Shown: in pieces, positions 1 through 10,201 of the stretch
How the letters are laid out: every line of letters starts with the position of its first letter
Numbering within the stretch: position 1 is the stretch's first letter
NCBI GenBank assembly: GCA_028826165.1
Contig: JAPDFW010000066.1
Coordinates: forward strand, 186,001 to 250,000
Source: Anaeramoeba ignava BMAN
Taxonomy: Eukaryota; Protista; Anaeramoebae
Direction of reading: 5' to 3'
Length of the DNA stretch: 64,000 bases
Notes under the pieces: generated by a model
Seen by the model: only the letters and a program-made list of their open reading frames with translations
Databases searched by the model: none
Told to the model about the DNA's origin: nothing
Program-made: the position numbers and the translations under genes

Positions 1-1856
1 ATTTTATTTATAATTTTATTTATTATTTTATTTATATTTTTATTTATAATTTTATTTATAATTTAATTTATAATTTAATTTATAAATTTAATTTATAATT
101 TTATTTATATTTTTATTTATAATTTTATTAATTTTATTTATAATTTTATTTATAATTTTATTTATATTTATATTTATATTTTTATTTATAATTTTATTTA
201 TAATTTTATTTATATTTTTATTTATAATTTAATTTATAATTTTATTTATAATTTAATTTATAATTTTATTTATATTTTAATTTATAATTTTATTTATAAT
301 TTAATTTATAATTTTATTAATAATTTTATTTATAATTTTATTTATAATTTTATTTATAAATTTAATTTATATTTTATTTATAAATTTTTATTTATAATTT
401 TATTTATTATTTTATTTATTATTTAATTTATAATTTTATTTATAATTTAATTTATAATTTTATTTATAATTTAATTTATAATTTTATTTATTTATAATTT
501 ATATTTATAATTTTATTTATAATTTTATTTATAATTTTATTTTATTTTTATTTTATTTTAAATTTTATTTATAATTTAATTTTATTTAATTTTTAATTTA
601 TATTTTTAATTTATAATTTTATTTATAATTTTATTTATTATTTTATTTATATTTTTTTTTTATAATTTTATTTATAATTTTTATTTATTATTTTATTTTA
701 TTTTTTATTTTAATTTTTATTTTATAATTTTAATTTATAATTTAATTTATAATTTTATTTTTTTTATAATTTAATTTATAATTTTATTTATAATTTTATT
801 TATAATTTTTTTATAATTTTATTTATAATTTTATTTTTATTTTATTTTATAATTTTTTATTTATAATTTTATTTATAATTTTATTTTATAATTTTATTTA
901 TAATTTTTATTTATAATTTTATTTATAATTTTATTTATAATTTTATTTATAATTTTATTTATAATTTTATTTACAATTTTATTTATATTTTATTTTATAA
1001 TTTTATTTTTAATTTATATTTTATAATTTTATTTATAATTTTATTTATAATTTTATTTATAATTTTATTTATAATTTTATTTATAATTAGTATTTTATAA
1101 TTTATTTATATTTTTAATTTTATTATATTTATATTTTATTTTATAATTTTATTTATATTTTTATTTATAATTTTATTTATAATTTTATTTATAATTTTAT
1201 TTTATAATTTTATTTATAATTTTATTTATATTTTTTATTTATAATTTTATTTATATTTTTATTTATAATTTTATTTATAATTTTATTTTAATTTTATTTA
1301 TAATTTTATTTATAATTTTAATTTATAATTTTTATTTTATTTATAATTTTATTTATAATTTTATTTATAATTTAATTTATAATTTAATTTTAATTTATAA
1401 TTTTATTTTTAATTTAATTTATAATTTTATTTATAATTTATTTTATTATTTTATTTTTATTTTTAATTTTATAATTTAATTTATAATTTAATTTATAATT
1501 TTATTTATAATTTTATTTATAATTTTATTTATAATTTTTATTTATATTTTAATTTATAATTTTATTTTAATTTTATTTTATTTTTAATTTATATTTTAAT
1601 TTATAATTTAATTTATAATTTTATTTATAATTTAATTTATAATTTTAATTTATAATTTTATTTATAATTTTATTTATAATTTTATTTATAATTTTATTTA
1701 TAATTTTATTTATAATTTTATTTATAATTTTATTTATAATTTAATTTATAATTTTATTTATAATTTTATTTATAATTTAATTTATTATTTATTTATAATT
1801 TAATTTATAATTTTATTTATAATTTAATTTATAATTTAATTTATAATTTAATTTAC
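1..1856. repeat. Degenerate A/T-only tandem repeat (~12-nt TTTATTTATAAT unit), probably an intron of the lectin gene
   Basis: Almost no G or C over 1.85 kb. It begins at a minus-strand GT donor (GAT|GTAAAT, 1856). Confidence 0.85.
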
Positions 1857-2072
1857 ATCTTTTGCCCAAATTGAACCTATAGGTTCTTTATTTCTAGTTA
1901 AAATAATTTTGTCTGGTTGTGTGAATATATTTTGACTTTCCCAAGTTTGCATTATATTACTAAATGAAGGAGGGATAAGAGAAAGTTTTGGATTTAAAAC
2001 TGGTGGTATTTTTGTTTGATTTGAAAATAGAATTTGAAAAAAAACAAAAAAGAAAAGAAACAAAATTTTCAT
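1857..2072 (-). CDS. First exon of a secreted L-type (legume-like) lectin, VIP36/ERGIC-53 family; gene continues beyond the left edge of the window
   Basis: Signal peptide MKILFLFFFVFFQILFS followed by SLIPP...W...IILT...GSIW, which resembles the N-terminus of the lectin_leg-like domain. Ends at a GT donor. Confidence 0.55.
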
Positions 2073-2166
2073 TTTGAAAAAAGAAAAAAATGAAAAAAAC
2101 AAAAAACAAAAAAATTATTTTATTTTTTTTTTTCATTTTTTAGTTTCATTTAAAAAAATTACAAAA

Positions 2167-4072
2167 ATGAATTATTATAAAGATAATTTTAAAAATAAAC
2201 GAGTTTATGTTATTGGACATTTAAATCCTGATGTTGATTCAATTATTTCAACTATTCTCCTTGATCACTTATTAAAATGGTTGGGAATTGATGCAAAAGG
2301 AGGTTTGAAAACATAAAAAGAATAAAAAAGAACAAAACAAAAAAAAACAAATGCTTAAAAAAATTTTTTTTTTCTCAATTTAATTTGAATAAATGAAATA
2401 AAATTAATAAATAAATTAATAGTTAAATTAATGCCTTGCGATGAAATAACAAAAAAGGTTTGTTCAAAACCAAAAAAAATCAATCATAATTTTTTCTCAA
2501 TTAATTTTTTTTCAATTATATTTTTTCAATTAATTTTAGGTAACTAAAGAAATAAAATGTCCAGAAGTTCCATTAATTAAATTAGAAGAATTAAAAAATC
2601 AAAATGTTTTTTTGGTTGATCATACATATAAAGTTAATTCTTTAGGAGAACATTTCCCTGCAAACAGTAAATTAAAATTAAAATTAAAATCAAAATTAAA
2701 ATTAAAATTAAAATTAAAATTCATTTATAAAATTATAATTATAATTAAAATTAAAATTAAAATTCAAATTAAAATTAAATTTAAAATCAAAATCAAAATT
2801 AAAATTAAATTTAAAATTCATTTATAAAATTAAAATTAAAATTAAATTTAAAATTAAAATTAAAATTAAAATTAAAAAAAATAAAATTAAAATTAAAAAT
2901 TAAAATTAAAATTAAAAATCAAAATTAAAATTAAAATTAAAATTAAAATTAAAATTCAATCTAAAATTAAAATTAAAATTAAAATTAAAATTAAATTTAA
3001 AATTAAAATTAAAATTAAAATTAAATTTAAAATTAAAATTAAAATTAAAATTAAAATTAAAATTAAAATTAAAATTCATTTATAAAATTAAAATTATAAT
3101 TAGATTTAAAATTAAAATTATAATTAAAAAATTTAATTTAAAAATTAAAATTAAAATTAAAATTAAAATTAAAATTAAAATTAAAATTAAAATTAAAATT
3201 AAATTTAAAATTAAAATTAAAAATTAAAATCAAAATCAAAATTAAAATTAAAATTAAAATTAAATTTAAAATTAAAATTAAAATTAAATTTAAAATTAAA
3301 ATTAAAATTAAATTTAAAATTAAAATTAAAATTAAATTTAAAATTAAAATTAAAATTAAATTTAAAATTAAAATTAAAATTAAAATTAATATTAAATTTA
3401 AAATTAAAATTGATTTATAAATTTAATCAAAAAAATAGTTGTCGGAATTATTGGACATAATACAAGAAATGGAACTGAAGCAGCACCTTTTATTAGAAAT
3501 GAAAATGTTGGATGTGCAGCAAGAATTGTTCTTGACTTAATGGAGAAAGAGAAATATCCAGTAAGTGATGAAGAATATTTATGGACTTTGTATGCATTAG
3601 GAGTAGATTCATGTTGCTTATTAAAAACAAACACAACAAAAGAAGATATTGAACTAGCAAATAAATGGGAAAAAAAACTTGGAATTTCTCATCAATTTTT
3701 AAAAGAAAAACTTTATTTGAATGCAATTTTAATGATAAAGTTGAAAAGTTATCAAAACATGGTTTTAAAAATCATTTATTTAGTGAAAAATATCATGGAT
3801 TTTCTTCTTATGTTGAAATACTTCATGTTAATGATCAAAAAATGAAGAAAATTGAGGAAATTCAAAATTATATTCGAAATCATAATGGAATTGATCTTTG
3901 GGTTTTTTTTGTTTATAATTATGAAGATGCAACAACTACTGTTTGTTATTCAGGTCCTTTAGCAAAACATTTCTCAACAACAACTCATGATTCTATTATT
4001 TCTCGAGGTGCTACAGTTATTCCTGAAATTAGAAAAAAAATAGCAAATTTAATTGAATCAAAACAAATTTAA
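2167..4072 (+). CDS. DHH-family phosphoesterase, family II Mn-dependent pyrophosphatase (PpaC)-like, copy 1; 4 exons (2167-2302, 2423-2457, 2540-2666, 3439-4072); 1-nt frameshift at ~3710
   Basis: Motifs VYVIGHLNPDVDSI, VFLVDH, NVGCAA, GVDSCCL and C-terminal SRG..VIP. GT-AG introns keep the frame. One A is missing in an A-run relative to the paralogues. Confidence 0.8.
2667..3438. repeat. (AAAATT)n microsatellite filling intron 3 of DHH copy 1
   Basis: Hexamer repeat between donor GTAAATT and acceptor AATAG. Confidence 0.9.
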
Positions 4073-4391
4073 TTTTCTTTTAATTATTTCAATTCTAATT
4101 CCAATTCTAATTCTAATTCCAATTTTTCTTTTCATTTTTATTTTATTTTTTTGAAGCAATTATTTAGCTAATTTTACATTTGTTTTTCTTTTTCTTTTTC
4201 TTTTTCTTTTATAGAAAATAAAATTCTCAAAAAATAAAAATTTAGATCAAAAATAATTCTTTTTCTCTTTTCTTCTTATTTTCCAATTTTTTAATAATTA
4301 AATAAATTTAATAAAGAAAATACAAACAAAATTATTTTTTCGTTTTTTTCAATTTCATTTTTTTTAGTTTCATTTAAAAAAAATTACAAAA

Positions 4392-5539
4392 ATGGATTAT
4401 TATAAAAATAATTTTAAAAATAAAAGAGTTTATGTTACTGGACATTTAAATCCTGATGTTGATTCAATTATTTCAACTATTTTAATGGAAAAGTTATTGA
4501 AATGGTTGGAAATTGATGCAAAAGGAGGTTTGAAAACATAAAAAAAATAAAGTCAAAAACAATTTTTTTTGATGTTAAATTGAATTAACAAATTTAATAC
4601 TTAAAATAAATTAATAGTTAAATTAATGCCTTGCGATGAAATAACAACCAATGTTTGTTTTGAAAATAATTTGGATTTTTATTTTATTTTATTATATTTA
4701 TTAAATTTTTAGGTAACTAAAGAATTAAAATGTCCAGAAGTTCCATTAATTAAATTAGAAGAATTAAAAAATCAAGATATTTTTTTGGTTGATCATACAC
4801 ATCCAATTAGTTCTATAGGCGAAAATTTTCCTGCAAACAGTTAAAAAATTTTAATATAAAAATTAACCCAAAAATTTAATATAAAAATCTAATCAAAAAA
4901 ATAGTTGTTGGAATTATTGGACATAATCCGTTAAATGAAGTCGCAAAAGCACCTTTTATTATAAATGGAAATGTTGGATGTGCAGCAAGACTTATTATTG
5001 ACTTAATGGAGAAAGAGAAATATCCAGTAAGTAATCAAGAATATTTATGGGCTTTATATGCTTTAGCAATAGATTCATGTTGCTTATTAAAAACAAGTGT
5101 AACAAAAGAAGATATTGAATTAGCAAATAAATGGGAAAAAAAACTTGAAATTTCTCATCAATTTTTAAAAGAAAAAACTTTATTTGAATGTGATTTTAAT
5201 GATAAAATTGAAAATTTAGCAAGAAATGGTTTTAAAAATCATTTATTTAGTGGAAAATATCGAGGATTTTCTTCTTATATTGAAATGATTAATGTTAATG
5301 ATCAAAAAATGAAGAAAATTGAAGAAATCCAAAATTATATTGAAAAAAATAATGAAGTAGATCTTTGGATTTTTTTTGTTTATAATTTTGCAGATCCAAC
5401 AACTACTATTTATTATTACGGTCCTTTAGCAAAACATTTCTCAACAAAAACTTATAATTCTGTTGTTTCTCGAGGAATTACAGTTATTCCTGAAATTAGA
5501 AAACAAATAACAAATTTAGTTGAATCAAAACAAATTTAA
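4392..5539 (+). CDS. DHH-family PpaC-like phosphoesterase, copy 2 (4 exons, intact)
   Basis: Same motifs and intron positions as copy 1; the ORF 5006-5539 is the C-terminal half. Confidence 0.8.
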
Positions 5540-5566
5540 TTTTCTTATTCTTTTAATTTCTTTTCC

Positions 5567-5817
5567 AAAATCAAAATGAAAATCAAAATCAAAATCAAAA
5601 TCAAAATCAAAATCAATATCAAAATCAAAATCAAAATCAAAATCAATATCAATATCAAATTCAAATTCAAAATCAAAATCAAATTCAAAATCAAAATCAA
5701 ATTCAAAATCAATATCAAAATCAAAATCAAAATCAAAATCAAAATCAAAATCAAAATCAAAATCAAAATCAAAATTCAAAATCAAAAATCAAAATCAAAA
5801 TCAAATCACTCAAAAAT
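5567..5817. repeat. (AAAATC)n microsatellite
   Basis: Direct hexamer repeat between the end of copy 2 and the transposon left end. Confidence 0.9.
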
Positions 5818-5885
5818 CACTTGTTCATAAGATTTTTTTTAATGATTTTTTTCTTTTAGATTTTGTTTTTTTTTGGCCGATTCAA

Positions 5886-5985
5886 TCCAGTTTGTTCACA
5901 GAACGGTTTTTGTTCACAGAACAGTTTTTTGTTCACAGAACGATATTTGTTCACTGAACAAACTAGGTTCACTGAACAAACTGGA
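5886..5985. repeat. Subterminal array of five GTTCAC(A/T)GAAC palindromic motifs
   Basis: Motifs start at 5894, 5912, 5931, 5949 and 5967. The block is bounded by the inverted repeat TCCAGTTTGTTCA / TGAACAAACTGGA. Confidence 0.85.
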
Positions 5986-6141
5986 AGGATTCAACAAGAA
6001 AAAATAAAGAAAAAAAAATAAGAAAGTTTGTTGGTTTAGAAAAAAGAGACTTTGAAAAAAGAAAAGAAAAGAAAAAAATTGAAAAAAAAATTGAAAAAGA
6101 ATTCCAAAAAGAATTCCAAAAAGAATTCCAAAAAGAAATGA

Positions 6142-8690
6142 TTAAATTTTTTGATCTTTTAATTGATTAATCAAATTTTGGATGTTATCTTGAGAAAGCA
6201 TTCTCATATCCACTTTCGATGTTTTTTCATCTTCTGTTTTTTTTAGAACAGAATTATTTTCCACCTTTTTCAAATTTGGAGAGGAATATTCTGATTTGTT
6301 TTGATTTGAATTCTTCATCTTTTCATAAAGTAATATCGATGCATTGTTTGTGAGATATTTTATTGGATTGCGGACAAAAAAAACTTTGGAATCATCGAAT
6401 ACATACCACTTACCATTTTCCTTATTCCTCCATAACGCAATGTAATGCCCTCCTTCAATGAAATCCCCAAATGAAGAATCGCACCTCTTAAAGAATATTC
6501 TTTGTTATCTTTATTGATTGATTTATTGGTTTCATTTAATAAATCTTTTTCTTTTAAATTATTAGATTGATTTGTTTCAATAGATTCAATTCTTTCATCA
6601 ATTTGATTTGATTGAGAAGATTTTGATGAGAAAACTAATGGAGATAAATAAAGTGATTGATTGTTTTCATTTAATAAATCTTTTTCTTTTAAATTATTAG
6701 ATTGATTTGTTTCAATAGATTCAATTCTTTCATCAATTTGATTTGTTTCAATAGATTCGATTCTTTCATCAATTTGATTTGTTTCAATAGATTCAATACT
6801 TTCATCAATTTGATTTGATTGAGAAGATTTTGATGAGAAAACTAATGGAGATAAATAAAGTGATTGATTGTTTTCATTTAATAAATCTTTTTCTTTTAAA
6901 TTATTAGATTGATTTGTTTCAATAGATTCAATTCTTTCATCAATTTGATTTGTTTCAATAGATTCAATTCTTTCATCAATTTGATTTGATTGAGAAGATT
7001 TTGATGAGAAAATTAATGAAGATGAATAAAGTGATTGATTGTTTTCATTTAATAAATCTTTTTCTTTTAAATTATTAGATTGATTTGTTTCAATAGATTC
7101 AATTCTTTCATCAATTTGATTTGTTTCAATAGATTCAATTCTTTCATCAATTTGATTTGTTTCAATAGATTCAATTCTTTCATCAATTTGATTTGATTGA
7201 GAAGATTTTGATGAGAAAACTAATGAAGATGAATAAAGTGATTGATTGTTTTCATTTAATAAATCTTTTTCTTTTAAATTATTAGATTGATTTGTTTCAA
7301 TAGATTCGATTCTTTCATCAATTTGATTTGTTTCAATAGATTCAATTCTTTCATCAATTTGATTTGATTGAGAAGATTTTGATGAGAAAACTAATGAAGA
7401 TGAATAAAGTGATTGATTGTTTTCATTTAATAAATCTTTTTCTTTTAAATTATTAGATTGATTTGTTTCAATAGATTCAATTCTTTCATCAACTTCATTC
7501 AATGGAGAGGATTGATTTGAAAGAATGCAAGGAGGTGTTGAAATATCTTGAATATTATGAGGAATCCAATTTTCTTCTCCATATTTCTGTAAATCAATTT
7601 TGTCGGGAATCACCACAGGCCAATTTTTCTTTCCAGTGCTTCCATCTTTTTTCCACCAAAATCTTTCTAAATGAATCCAAAAAAAATGAGGAAAATCTGA
7701 AATGAAGAATTGTTGAGATTGGGATTTTGGGGTAATCTCTTCTTTTTTTGGAATATCTTTCGGTGATGTAACTTCATGAGTTTTCGATTGGTGCTTTCTT
7801 CCTTTTCTTCTTCTTTTTGTTTTTTGTGATAGTTTTTCCGTCTTCTCAGGAGTTAAAGAAATTTCTTTTTTGGTTGAGGATGTGCTTTTTTCGTTAGAGT
7901 TCTTTTTTTTTTGTTTTTTACATTCTTCACAAATCATCAAATTGTCTTTGTCAGGATGAATCAAAGAGAAATAAGAATCAATTAAATCAAGAAGATGAAT
8001 TGGAGTATTTGCAACTGGAGGATGTAAGAAGATATTCAAGCTGTAAAATTCTGTTTCAGTTTCAGACCAATGACCACATGCTCCATAAAAAATCTTCTTC
8101 TTTTCCAATCCACAATGTGCTCTAATCAAACTCAGATTTTCTCTTATCGGAATTTGAATTTTTTTGTTAAGTGTATTATTGTAAAGTAATAACGAGTCAA
8201 TCCGGAGATTATCTAACAAAAAATCCAGAAAATCATGAGCATCTTTTTGAGAGGGATTTGGACCATACATTTTTTTAATTCCCTTCAAATCGTTTTGTAA
8301 GGATACGAGATATGAATATGGAACAGTCTCTTTTTCGGTTTTCATCTGTTGGGAGATGGACAAAATTTTTTCAACTAAAGATCCTTGAGGATTGAAAAAT
8401 TCTCCATTTGTTCTCAGGAAGAGTTGAAGAACAGAAATCATGAAACAAGAGTTGCAAGGATTTTCTATTCCCTTTAAAGATAGATTACTTTTTTGAGAAG
8501 GACCATCACTTTTCAAATCAGAGAAAAAATTGAGTGCAGGTTTTTTGGGAGAATTACTTTGAGAGAGAGGATTAGAAGGAGGTTCCACAATCATTTTTCG
8601 TTTCTTTGATTGTTTTGGAGAGTTTTCCTTTGATGATCTATCTGATTTTGGAGAGTCTTGAATGAGTTCAAACTGATCATCTTCGTTCAT
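6142..8690 (-). CDS. Transposon-borne ubiquitin-specific protease (peptidase C19/USP) with internal tandem-repeat insert; 1-nt frameshift at ~6449
   Basis: Cys box GIENPCNSCFMISVLQ, QKDAHDFLDFLLD, zinc ligands ACGH/CEEC, WIHLERF. The His box YSLRGAILHLG...GHYIALWR...WYVFDDSKV...ASILLYEK is completed in the -1 frame, ending at TAA 6142-6144. Confidence 0.85.
6530..7490 (-). repeat. Coding tandem repeat of 36-nt (QIDERIESIETN) and 99-nt (QSNNLKEKDLLNENNQSLYSSSLVFSSKSSQSN) units
   Basis: About 12 short units and 5 full plus 1 partial long units, nearly identical at DNA level. Confidence 0.9.
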
Positions 8691-9796
8691 TTGAAAGAAG
8701 TTGGGTTTGTTGCATTTAGATTTTTTTTTTCGGGGGTTGTAGTTCTTAAAGGAGTTAGTTGAATTTTTAGATTTGTGAGTGCGGAACAAATTACAAATAA
8801 TAATCGGAAATCGGTCATATTTCCTCTGAATTTAAACATCATGATGTTGAATTTTTTAAGGCGTCCATAGTAGTTTTCCACAAGAACTCTATCTGAAGAG
8901 AGTTTGATATTATTGTGGATTTTTTCTTGAGTAAGGCCGGCTGAAGTTTTTTTAGATGGTAATACAGCCTTACATTGTTTTTGAATGCCTTGAAATCCAG
9001 AGTCAGCAAGAATCTGATATCTTTTTTTCTTTTTTTTCCCATTTTTATCACGAACTATCTCCTCACATTTATCAGACCAATCCGTAATATCCCATACAAT
9101 CTTGTCATGGTTTTTTCCCGTTACTCCTGGCACACAATCCATCATGAGACCATTTGGGGAGTGGATTGTTAAACTTTTGAAGCAATACTTCTTGTGCTTT
9201 CCTGAGTATGTCAGTGTTCTTTTCGTTTTATTTTTTGGTCGTTGTATTTCTTGAACAGTGGCATCCACTACAGCCATCGCTTTTGGATAATTTGGAAAAC
9301 CGATATTATTCTTTTTTTGCTCTTTCTTTGATATCCAATGTATTTGATTTTTGAGCTCATTATGAATCGGAACTAAAAATTTTTTGAATAAGCTATTCAT
9401 ACTTGCTCGAGGAATTCCAAAAAAAACTTCCATTGAAGAAAACGGGCAATAGGAATAAAAGTAAGTAAGGAAAGCTAACCAAATATCTTCGGGAGATAAA
9501 ATTCTTTTTGGTGCTCGTTGATTAAAAGGAGAAATGATATCCTTCACATATTGAAAGCAATCCAAAAAACCTTCCAAAGTATATCCAGTCAGTACTTTCA
9601 ATAACAGAGGATAAGTTGAGGCTAATTTCCAATTGATTCGAATTCCATAAGGATTTTGAGGATCAATAATTACTTTATCCTCTTCTAAAATATCATCGTG
9701 CCCAAATTCATAGACTCTAGATCTTATAATCTTGCGATTCGTTTTAAAATGCTGAATCATTTCAAAAATTTTTTTGTCAATTTGAAATGGTTTCAT
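8687..9796 (-). CDS. DDE transposase, DDE_Tnp_4 (IS5/ISL2EU/Harbinger) family with N-terminal HTH
   Basis: HTH region LSPEDIWLAFLTYF...FFGIPRAS. Catalytic core VVDAT..IQRP, YSGKHKKY, G.NHD, ILADSGFQG, P.KK, RVLVENYYGRLK. Confidence 0.9.
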   Translation of the reverse strand: MKPFQIDKKIFEMIQHFKTNRKIIRSRVYEFGHDDILEEDKVIIDPQNPYGIRINWKLASTYPLLLKVLTGYTLEGFLDCFQYVKDIISPFNQRAPKRILSPEDIWLAFLTYFYSYCPFSSMEVFFGIPRASMNSLFKKFLVPIHNELKNQIHWISKKEQKKNNIGFPNYPKAMAVVDATVQEIQRPKNKTKRTLTYSGKHKKYCFKSLTIHSPNGLMMDCVPGVTGKNHDKIVWDITDWSDKCEEIVRDKNGKKKKKRYQILADSGFQGIQKQCKAVLPSKKTSAGLTQEKIHNNIKLSSDRVLVENYYGRLKKFNIMMFKFRGNMTDFRLLFVICSALTNLKIQLTPLRTTTPEKKNLNATNPTSFK

Positions 9797-10201
9797 GCAA
9801 AAAATAAGAAAAAAAACAAATTAAGAAAAAAAATTAAGAAAAAAAATAAAGAATTAGGGAATAAAATTTTTATTTTTTTTTTCAAATAAAATAGATTGGA
9901 AAAAAGAGATAGATGATTGAAAAAAAGAGATAGAAGAATTAGAAATAGAGATAGAAGAATTAAAAATAGAGATGAAAATTCTCAAAAAAAAAAGCTATGA
10001 ACAGGATTCGTTCTCTGAAAGGAATTGAACTAGCGAATTTTGAATTGTCTGTAATTCAAAATTACAATGGAAAAAAAAAAAAAAATTTTATGAACAAGTC
10101 TAATAATTAAATAAATTTAATAAAGAAAATAAAAACAAAATTATTTTTTCGTTTTTTTCATTTTCATTTTTTTTAGTTTCATTTAAAAAAAATTATAAAA
10201 A

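Larger units (their letters stand above)
5819..10099 (-). mobile_element. Cut-and-paste DNA transposon, IS5/PIF-Harbinger/ISL2EU-like, carrying a DDE transposase and a ubiquitin-specific protease
   Basis: Terminal inverted repeats ACTTGTTCATAAGATTTTTTTT (from 5819) and AAAAAAAATTTTATGAACAAGT (to 10099). It also has subterminal GTTC-N3-GAAC motifs and an intronless DDE_Tnp_4-like ORF, and interrupts a tandem gene array. No clear TSD. Confidence 0.85.

Noticed and set aside
5525-5830. ORFs reading KIKIKI, ILILIL or FDFDFD (also at 2612, 17441, 32839, 33286, 35162-36230, 55216, 63225-63996)
   Set aside because: These are translations of hexamer microsatellites in introns, intergenic DNA or alternative frames, not genes.
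5886-5985. Mini-CRISPR interpretation of the palindromic repeats
   Set aside because: Repeats are 11 nt with 7-8 nt gaps and share the TIR core, which fits transposon subterminal repeats.
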